A DNA stretch of 64,000 nt, taken from IMG/VR virus record IMGVR_UViG_3300045988_014525. One strand, 5' to 3'. Position 1 is the stretch's first letter. The number at the start of each line of letters is the position of its first letter. The position numbers and the translations under genes are program-made. Under the pieces are notes generated by a model that was given only the letters and a program-made list of their open reading frames with translations, had not been told where the DNA came from and ran no database searches. Below are positions 30,701 to 36,734 of the stretch, piece by piece. The DNA comes from a virus.

Positions 30701-32613
30701 CTAATATCACAACCAAGATAAATCTTAGAAGAACTCTTCCAAGTAAAGTCAGTCTTTATTTCACGTGCAACATTAAGAGTACCGTTAACAAAAATACCAA
30801 CAACTCGTTTATCGGGATTCTTATTAACAATAAAGTCAACAGTGTTGATAACATTCTGTTGTACCTTACAACTAATAGTTTCTTTAATGTTGCCATCAGT
30901 ATAACTCCAAGTAATATCTTCAAGACCAATTTTAATACCTTCTGAGAATTGTTCATCAGTATTATAGTCACCACAGAAGAATACTGTTCTATTAGTAAAT
31001 GGATGAACATCTGTTTTAAAAGTAACAGACATAGAAAATCCTTGTCTACTCCAATTTGTTAGTTCAGTAGAATTATCTTTAAAAGGTTGAATATCTATAA
31101 TACCATATGCTTCACCCGAAATACGTAACATAGATTGTCCATCTTGAGTTAAGAATCCAGATAAAGCACCATTAGTATTATAAACTTCAAGATTAGTAAC
31201 TGCACCAACAGGTTCTAAAGAACCCGGAGGAGTAAACTTAGGAACATTAGATGTCCATTGTCTAGCAGTAGGAGTTTGAGGAAATGATTCTTGACGAATA
31301 TGCCAAGCAGCATACATAGAATTATTAGGATTCTGATCGGGAATCAAAGACTGAGAACTTGCAACAATTTGACAAATAAGTTCAACATCAGTAATAGGAT
31401 CTCCTTTTTCAGACCAACAACGAAGAGTTATATTCCAATCACCAAGAATATCTCCTTCTGTTGGAATAGCCCAAGAAAATACTTGTTGTTTACCACGCTG
31501 AACATATTGATTATCGTTATAGTTTCCAGTATCAAAATAACCGATATCATGAATAGTACCATTATGTTCAAGACGAACAGCATAGTAAATAAGAGAAACA
31601 CCTGCAAGATAAGGAGTAAATGCAAATGAAATATTACCACCTTGAGAGAATTTAGTTTTCTCAACTCCTTCATCTACTTCTGCTTTACTAGTAATACCTT
31701 CTACGAGAACTACTAGATTAACACCATCTTCTACTACTGTACGATTAGTTACAACATCTGATTGAACAGTAGAACCTGACATATCAGTAAATGCTTGTGC
31801 TTGAATAGTATAAGAACTACCTGCAATAATATTACCAAGTTCCCACAAGTTAACATTTACTTGACGAGGAGTAGTACTAGTTGTAATACCAAGATCAATA
31901 CTCTTAGAAAAACCGTTAGTTATATTAGTTACAACAAGACTAGCTGCGCTACCAATAATCTTACTAGTAACAGTATAAGTTATAAAATAATCAATACCAA
32001 CAGTAGCAGTACTTCCTGCAACACTACTTGCTAATTTAATACTAGCTTCTACTATATTAAGTAAATAAGATTCGGCAGCAAATCCATCAGTATCGGTAGC
32101 CGTAATGACTACCGAATGAGTACTGTTATTTGAGAATTGATCTAACTTAGGAATAATAAGAGTACCGGGAGTATTAGTCCATGCTTCTTGATCTTTAATA
32201 ATACTATTGCCATCAAGAGAAACATTTATAAAATAACGCTTATTATTCTTAGATGATTCAATAAGATAATTAAGCTTTATATTAGTTGTAACACTAGAAT
32301 ATAAATACTTTGTATTACCTTCTACTACAATGTCTCCATTAGTAATAGTAACTTTAGCATCGGTAGTACCTCCACCGCCTCCACTACCACCGCCACCATG
32401 CTCTGCTAACCAAGCAATATGACCATCATGTTCTGCAAGTTTCTCCTTGTACTTAACAAGAACTTCATTAATATTCTCTTCTACTTTTCCATTAGCGACT
32501 TCTTCAGGATCTAGAAGACGAGGATCAGTAGTGATAATATTATTAGCATTACCGGCAGCAACTACTTCCCACTGTCCGGTCTCTTTATTAAATCTCTTAA
32601 TTACTTCTGACAT
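24733..32613 (-). CDS. giant fibre/adhesin-like tail protein (2626 aa) with a Gly linker, Ig-like repeats, a LamG-like domain and LRR regions
   Basis: Uninterrupted ORF. A GGGGSGGGGG linker is encoded at 32367-32397. The LamG-like block FKTDVHPF...YDIKLFRSPLNDKEIVINY lies at 30600-31030. LRRs (LxxLxLxN/C periodicity) lie at about 27800-28330. Cys-containing BspA-like repeats lie at about 26200-27650. Confidence 0.75.
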   Translation of the reverse strand: MSEVIKRFNKETGQWEVVAAGNANNIITTDPRLLDPEEVANGKVEENINEVLVKYKEKLAEHDGHIAWLAEHGGGGSGGGGGTTDAKVTITNGDIVVEGNTKYLYSSVTTNIKLNYLIESSKNNKRYFINVSLDGNSIIKDQEAWTNTPGTLIIPKLDQFSNNSTHSVVITATDTDGFAAESYLLNIVEASIKLASSVAGSTATVGIDYFITYTVTSKIIGSAASLVVTNITNGFSKSIDLGITTSTTPRQVNVNLWELGNIIAGSSYTIQAQAFTDMSGSTVQSDVVTNRTVVEDGVNLVVLVEGITSKAEVDEGVEKTKFSQGGNISFAFTPYLAGVSLIYYAVRLEHNGTIHDIGYFDTGNYNDNQYVQRGKQQVFSWAIPTEGDILGDWNITLRCWSEKGDPITDVELICQIVASSQSLIPDQNPNNSMYAAWHIRQESFPQTPTARQWTSNVPKFTPPGSLEPVGAVTNLEVYNTNGALSGFLTQDGQSMLRISGEAYGIIDIQPFKDNSTELTNWSRQGFSMSVTFKTDVHPFTNRTVFFCGDYNTDEQFSEGIKIGLEDITWSYTDGNIKETISCKVQQNVINTVDFIVNKNPDKRVVGIFVNGTLNVAREIKTDFTWKSSSKIYLGCDISNVGRIQNYSDVNFYDIKLFRSPLNDKEIVINYMNANARAKLLEDGSIDFVAYNSAKLRNFFSTSDNSAHSTLWDDINQTYATVNFNSLISDTTRTLPVDIMLINCANTGFTRAVFEEIGGQNNNWYTGCTMSYFSPTSGKSSAESTTDVAVSKQGTSTMNNLIKNLEIRFDKMLKADDGSNLDYELFQPKETWFPERQFTLKADVVDSAHANNASIGKWINDNADILFEKTPPMEELEARRPTDTRDKTKVHEKVTIKQTLEGFPCILLIQFDGEETQTCLGIYSFNLGRGAYYNMGFRFLKDFTTKIKNSTGEYVDNALPAFVTSYHAYGQNEKFGSIDQQKVYSYEIGENANVIVDGNKTLPLALFMQDDISIIKHVGEFKYNGGNWLDPTAAVTDDAVWTALQELFTLFAQMTSSTVKKYTWNEQSGGYVETDGEYPAQSSWSTLAAELDTKFSIKNAYSYFLVCVKFGLVDSLGKNMTIVCYDIGGTKKWYIRFYDMDTANGLDNTALESVAKTAYLDTFSNNPNTDVNSLVITRNSPDGGYDTYSSRMWDVLRDSIFINTGVFDSSLEELWDLWRNNANISKDVNHYIDEYFSAQTKSCGELLFNYDYNVKYLTAYVSEAGGSASYANIEFLHGTRVEYVRDWLKKRWWFFDGVFRYNNVSNLQPYNTKGAFSAGGAEATNPRLTITSNVSMIFVINIGNTTDTRYFLQEGVPTLIKLAPISSFNTQITINNTPQINDIKGLKEMRFQRFMSTMKLPSFSQLDLSDVDTLSNAPVPFETVFVNDEDFSDVRHINLSNTKFWSGSSEVGTFTVNIEKYTKLKDLDISNSIVTSMSLPNASLASLNITNSSIEIINLVNQPFLDSIDFSGCKRLKSVTIDSCEKITELNLSNLGDLHTINITNCPNLVAITCTNNVNLTTFNVSNCNKVKTINISKCTNSGLDIYIVGAPNIEELNISGTNTTKPIQAAAELPKLTKLIMNNTNINSIQYGNKPIPKYNDNPIFDVTNLRLSTFTVTSAAGVHYFKFDNNPDAPVSVGSSFFVGCTSLKRVFGHIKLTGTSTFNECNNFYIHEPPALVNGKTPMYANQYYGSKTNTTEGKTEWEANTNLCTNITIGTTNMSNTFKGTNCKLFDAYYVLYKCNNVTILDNCFYGAKIQLSIVDSFNRNMFINCGKVTSMSSLFYNISGGNCIIYTCTRNGNEEITNRNGLLSPLVNVTAMSQAFYFSGIKYTDDFIFAKPVGNIEWKITYFYLLFSGTLCFITDASREWTIEPTTSDFSAAKASRLLINLPQLVYVNGMFNGSNINFDLVENDDEKRTKYCPLFYNNPRLQYVTNSFNNLNHSTGSLLNVFGGQIEGKTDKFTSVFYGIYGSFNAASNSTIEFPIHNSMFRRIKAKLKYITGTSATNATTNPCFTGFTKTFLKEDTEIFPYEVFSGCSALVEAPGFFSNIKCPTGTVVELPKDIFKDCVNLTNISYEFYNMENVKYSLTGGGFKNCKIVNAAYCFAETNVKFAKTGMIPYKLFYQEQLVSSTIKGWKEADADTDNITPNFGIDSDGNWIPDEELPTAMPKERSYSIVRTIRRKSITNMAYCLQYFQDVNAAPYTMNYGSLKSNDYGDLLIPNEQYNPVKYIVNPNYNPNEFIDEEQTIPNPSRDIRRVIDNPNYNKYELVWNVYAYDGLTGLYDMISNSELYTAVTAGNISVSPDIPQEFNDPADAISAPASEATNRKIMNYFCPPDIFSSCSNTTGVNVVGVFYYSGRSNGDPSYDYMNYGLRGRPCPYLFKPISNVQNISYMFYMMPLLAPYKWNNTTTNEEGLAYSTEFFANIPKLITMSYAFVFTIIPSKVIIDQSTFINNLNLQNIDHAWLECQFLGTTAETQVHENTFSRNTNLRDISYCFASATNSEGWSGRSPKKISSNLFTANKHKNITNCSGVFYAATATVGSVPEFWTWLNALSSNNRANVFYRMVKDNLTNGASIPATWNNGMT
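26218..26236 (+). repeat. GC-rich dispersed element copy (C6)
   Basis: ACCTCCCCCCGTAAGGGAG. It is antisense in the 2626-aa ORF (SLTGGG) and has a CTCCC/GGGAG stem. Confidence 0.9.
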
Positions 32614-32615
32614 AA

Positions 32616-35600
32616 TTATTTAATTATAGTTATTATATCATTTCCATTATTAGTTTCACCATTACCACCAATAGCTTCTGCATTAGGAGCTTCGCCTTGA
32701 ATATTAATATTATATTTACCACTATTATTAAATACGTTAGCTACTTTCTTAACTTTAGCTTCGATTTTATTATTGTAAACATTATATATAATATAGAAAG
32801 GATAACGCTGACCAGCATTTACTTTAGCAGTAATATTAGTTCTACTATTAATAGTAATACTAGCAGGAAAGAAATATCGAAGCCACGGAGTATTCGGGCT
32901 AGGCAATTCCTTATTACTAGTGTGTTTATAGCCCGTAGCTTGGCTCATAATGTACACAGGAGCGGTTATTTTACTGACTAACTCAAATGTACACAGATGT
33001 TTTACCATGTCGTAATTCGAATTATTTTGCCATGATTTAGGGAATTTCTGACCCTTTAGGAAGCCCTCTGCTGTCTCTTCGTACAATTCCGTACTTCCGA
33101 AGTTGCTCTGCAATAACTCCGCTGTAACTTGAATTATAGGCTTCATAGAGCTATTAGGATTCTCTATCAAAGGATAGCTGCAACTATATGTATGTTTATG
33201 ACCTCCAAGACACAAACGATAACCATTATCATTTAAAAACTTCGAGAACCAATAAGCATTAGCTTTACTAGTATTAAAGTTAAGACGACTTCCACTACGT
33301 TCAACATCTGGATATTCAGTACCGTCCCAATAGAACGAATTGATAAGATTTTGAGTAATGATTGTAAAAGGCATCTCATGACAATAAGCTATCTTATGAT
33401 TAATACTACTATCAATATATTCTAAGTCTTTCTCGCACCATTGACGAATATAATCATAAACAACACTTTGTGGATTAAGACCATAAACATCTCGTTCAGT
33501 ATTAGAACTAATCTCACTGTTAACACATAAGAAATGAGTATCAGCAAAATCAAATGAATACAAACATTCAATATAAATCTCTTTATTCTGTATAGTAAAT
33601 ACAGGAGGATTCTCTTCATTTATTTCATGACAATAGAAAAATCGAATGTTAGTAGCATTGATCTTAGAGTTATCGCCACCATCGCCAAGAACATAAACAT
33701 TAGCAGGAGTTAAGTCGTTGTTACCAACAGTAACCATTTCTGGTAGAGTAAATAAAGGAACACGACCGGAATCATAATCTAACCATTCGTTAATACGATT
33801 ACCATTCTGAGTCATATCACCAGTATTAATCATAAACTCAACATTCTCACTAGCAGCATTAATATGGTTATCTGCAATATTCTTAGCAGCTATTTTCCAT
33901 ACTTGATATTCATCCCAATTGAAACCTTGTTGATCAGATGTTTGTAAGAACGTCCATTTGTTCTGAATATTAACAGCATCTTTAATAGTGAACTTATAAG
34001 TAGGACTTTTATAACTAGAATCACTCATACGTTCAATATAGTATTCATAGTCTCCTGCTGACAATTCAGTTAACACAACTTTATGAGAAGTAAAAGGAGT
34101 ACCATCAGTAGTAATTGCACGAATACGATTATAATACTTACGAACACCAGTTTCATCTTTAAATGATTCAATACCTGTCCAACCATTAGCTCCTACTTTT
34201 CTATAATAAAGCATTTCATCATAGTATCCAACAGATACCCAATTAAAGCAACGACTAGCATTAGGAGCTGTACCTCGACGACCTAATGTCATAGTTACTT
34301 TATTAGGTTTAGCAGAATCTAACAAAGTCTTGTTGAAGAATATATTCTTATTTTCAAATGAAGCACGAGGAACATACTTATCAACAGTAGGAATAACATT
34401 AGCTTCTAGATTAATGAAGTACATATCATTAGCGTTATTTCTAGCACTAAGAGCTTTAGTAGCTTGATTAACAGGATCCATAGTATAATACTTAGTGAAT
34501 AAGTAATTACTAGTTAGATAACCATAAGCAGTATTCTCAGCAGCATCTACTTTATCTGCGTCACCAGCATTAAGTATTTGTAAGCCTACGAGATCAATAT
34601 ATCCTTTAGATACCCTTATGGGGGTGGTCGCATTATTATATGGATTAGCAACACTAGATGGAGTAGTTCCCCAAGTTAAGAAGAATTTAGCTTTACGATT
34701 ATCAAATTTAATAAGTTTACCATCGCTAGCTATCCACTCCATATCAAAGGTTTTAACTTTAATACGAGTAGTATTAACATCCATAACTGAACATTGAGCA
34801 CCACGAATAAGGAATGTAGAACCTGCTTTTATCTCCCCCCATAAAGGAAGTGTTTCCCAATCTCCACCCTCTGTACCATACTGTAATGATAATCCTTTTA
34901 GAGATACATCTTTACCAGTAAGATTACTAAGTTCAACGAAGTTATGAGAACACGGATTATAACTATATTCATCACTAGTAATACCTCCGCAATATAAAGA
35001 ATTTATATATAGTTTTTGAAGATATAAACTAGTAACATAAACCCAACCAGTATTAGGATCTTCTTGACCACCAGTAGGTTCAGCTTGATCAGTATCAAGT
35101 TCTTTCTTATAAACAACAAGTTGTCCATTGTTGTTTACTTTAACTCGATAGATTTGACCACTAGGAGCAATCAAACCAATAGTATCAAGTTTATCGAGAG
35201 CTTCGTAATCAATGCTACCTCCACCTCCGCTACCTCCACTACCAGTAAGATTAACAGGTTCTCCGTTTATCTTAGTATATAAACGTTTAACATCTATGGC
35301 AAGAAGAAGTTCGTATTCAACAAACTTCTGAAAGTTAGCTTGTATTTCAGCTAATGTACCATAGTGTCCACAAACAGCTTTAGTAGTTGGTTCAAAGCCC
35401 TCAGCAGTCGGTTCTAGACTATTAGCAATACGGTTGACATTACGAAGAACAATGTTCATCTTTTCACTTGGAGCAACACTAGGATCAACAGGCTCATACT
35501 TACTAAGTAGAGTACTAGTTACAGTATTGCTAACATGTCCTGGAGTAATAATCAAATCTCTTTGACGAACAATAGTATCCAAATAGTTTTGGATACTTTG

Positions 35601-36116
35601 TATTGCTTCTATAACAGAAGCAAGATCATCATTACCAACAACACCTGCTTCTTTGCCAGACGTATCTATCCAAAGAGCATCTTTATTAATAGGAGGAGTA
35701 TCTTGTGCGATAACAGCTTCTACAGTTTTATTAATAACTTCGTCACGTAGATCACTAACTTCTTTGTTAGTATTTTCAATAGTAGTATTTACTTCTTCGA
35801 ATTTATCATCTACGTCTACGAATTTATCATCTATTTCTTTCTTATTATAATAATCAGAAAGATCAGCACTTAATTGTTTAAGTACTAAATGTTTGTTTTC
35901 AATACCTCCTTTGAACCAATATTCTTCAATTACATTTCCTTCTTTTCTAATACCTACGGTTAAACCTACCGCACGGGTAGGTTTAGTTAACGCAGATAAT
36001 GCTTGACCAATATCGTCATAAGGACCATATTTAGCATCTAAATTAGGATACAAATTGAATTGTTCGTCAGTAGCATTGTTAACAATAAGTTGTCCAACAA
36101 CAATTCCTTGTTTCAT
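32616..36116 (-). CDS. tail fibre protein (1166 aa) with a shared N-terminal anchor module, an LTD-like domain and a C-terminal metallophosphoesterase domain
   Basis: Uninterrupted ORF. The N-terminal 80 aa are paralogous to the 940-aa fibre. HNFVELSNLTGKDVSL (LTD-like) lies at about 34900-34960. The phosphoesterase motifs are SDQQG (about 33925-33950), GDMTQNG (33801-33821), GNND (about 33715-33738) and GGHKH (about 33190-33210). Confidence 0.75.
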   Translation of the reverse strand: MKQGIVVGQLIVNNATDEQFNLYPNLDAKYGPYDDIGQALSALTKPTRAVGLTVGIRKEGNVIEEYWFKGGIENKHLVLKQLSADLSDYYNKKEIDDKFVDVDDKFEEVNTTIENTNKEVSDLRDEVINKTVEAVIAQDTPPINKDALWIDTSGKEAGVVGNDDLASVIEAIQSIQNYLDTIVRQRDLIITPGHVSNTVTSTLLSKYEPVDPSVAPSEKMNIVLRNVNRIANSLEPTAEGFEPTTKAVCGHYGTLAEIQANFQKFVEYELLLAIDVKRLYTKINGEPVNLTGSGGSGGGGSIDYEALDKLDTIGLIAPSGQIYRVKVNNNGQLVVYKKELDTDQAEPTGGQEDPNTGWVYVTSLYLQKLYINSLYCGGITSDEYSYNPCSHNFVELSNLTGKDVSLKGLSLQYGTEGGDWETLPLWGEIKAGSTFLIRGAQCSVMDVNTTRIKVKTFDMEWIASDGKLIKFDNRKAKFFLTWGTTPSSVANPYNNATTPIRVSKGYIDLVGLQILNAGDADKVDAAENTAYGYLTSNYLFTKYYTMDPVNQATKALSARNNANDMYFINLEANVIPTVDKYVPRASFENKNIFFNKTLLDSAKPNKVTMTLGRRGTAPNASRCFNWVSVGYYDEMLYYRKVGANGWTGIESFKDETGVRKYYNRIRAITTDGTPFTSHKVVLTELSAGDYEYYIERMSDSSYKSPTYKFTIKDAVNIQNKWTFLQTSDQQGFNWDEYQVWKIAAKNIADNHINAASENVEFMINTGDMTQNGNRINEWLDYDSGRVPLFTLPEMVTVGNNDLTPANVYVLGDGGDNSKINATNIRFFYCHEINEENPPVFTIQNKEIYIECLYSFDFADTHFLCVNSEISSNTERDVYGLNPQSVVYDYIRQWCEKDLEYIDSSINHKIAYCHEMPFTIITQNLINSFYWDGTEYPDVERSGSRLNFNTSKANAYWFSKFLNDNGYRLCLGGHKHTYSCSYPLIENPNSSMKPIIQVTAELLQSNFGSTELYEETAEGFLKGQKFPKSWQNNSNYDMVKHLCTFELVSKITAPVYIMSQATGYKHTSNKELPSPNTPWLRYFFPASITINSRTNITAKVNAGQRYPFYIIYNVYNNKIEAKVKKVANVFNNSGKYNINIQGEAPNAEAIGGNGETNNGNDIITIIK
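34612..34627 (-). repeat. GC-rich dispersed element copy (variant)
   Basis: The plus strand reads ACCCTTATGGGGGTGG. It is sense in the 1166-aa ORF (TTPIRV). Confidence 0.75.
34833..34850 (+). repeat. GC-rich dispersed element copy (variant, C6)
   Basis: CTCCCCCCATAAAGGAAG. It is antisense in the 1166-aa ORF in the alternative frame (LPLWGE). Confidence 0.75.
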
Positions 36117-36137
36117 ATTTATTCGTCATTCATTATT

Positions 36138-36677
36138 TTAACCATTGTAAACGGTAGGATCGCCATAAAAATCATTAGTCAATTGCCATATGCAATTAAC
36201 AATATCTATTCCATTATCGAAACCCACTAATTTAAGACATCCATGTCCCAAACCTGTTATAATATAAGATAACACTGCTCCATAAGTAGTAATTTTAAGT
36301 TTATCACTATCCATTGAGTCTTTGAAAAGTATCCTATCTCTGTCTCCATTTACATGGAACTTTAAAACAGGAGCAGACCTAGTTGTTAAGTATGGAATCA
36401 ATATTGTCTTAGTATAACCATATGGAACTTGTGGAAGATAGATATTAGTACTATTAGTAAGATAGGCTTTATCCAATTGATTAGACATTATATCTCCATT
36501 AGCTTGAATTATGATATTCTTATCAGCTAACCAACCACTTCCATCTTTGTTGAAGTGATGTTTACCACCACCGAACCAAGCGTTACCATTAGCGAAATCA
36601 ATACAGATATTAGGCTTGAAAGCATTACTTTCTGCATACGGGTCATTCGGATTAAAATCTTCATAATTAGTAGCCAT
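36138..36677 (-). CDS. 179-aa protein between fibre genes (fibre subunit or assembly factor candidate)
   Basis: ORF in the track. It has its own TATATTTG box and a G8 tract directly upstream of the ATG. Confidence 0.7.
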   Translation of the reverse strand: MATNYEDFNPNDPYAESNAFKPNICIDFANGNAWFGGGKHHFNKDGSGWLADKNIIIQANGDIMSNQLDKAYLTNSTNIYLPQVPYGYTKTILIPYLTTRSAPVLKFHVNGDRDRILFKDSMDSDKLKITTYGAVLSYIITGLGHGCLKLVGFDNGIDIVNCIWQLTNDFYGDPTVYNG

Positions 36678-36683
36678 AGCTTA

Positions 36684-36691
36684 CCCCCCCC
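36684..36691 (-). repeat. homopolymer G8 (C8 on the plus strand) between the -7 box and the start codon
   Basis: TTACCCCCCCCAC on the plus strand. It is the longest G/C homopolymer I saw in the window. Confidence 0.9.
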
Positions 36692-36692
36692 A

Positions 36693-36700
36693 CAAATATA
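36693..36700 (-). promoter_or_regulatory. Bacteroidota-type -7 box TATATTTG followed by a G8 tract
   Basis: The minus strand reads TATATTTGTGGGGGGGGTAAGCTATG. The box ends 15 nt before the ATG at 36677. Confidence 0.45.
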
Positions 36701-36706
36701 AATATT

Positions 36707-36730
36707 CATAATAGTATTCATAATAGTATT
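36707..36730. repeat. tandem 12-mer CATAATAGTATT x2
   Basis: Perfect direct duplication just upstream of the 36693-36700 box. Confidence 0.85.
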
Positions 36731-36734
36731 CGTT

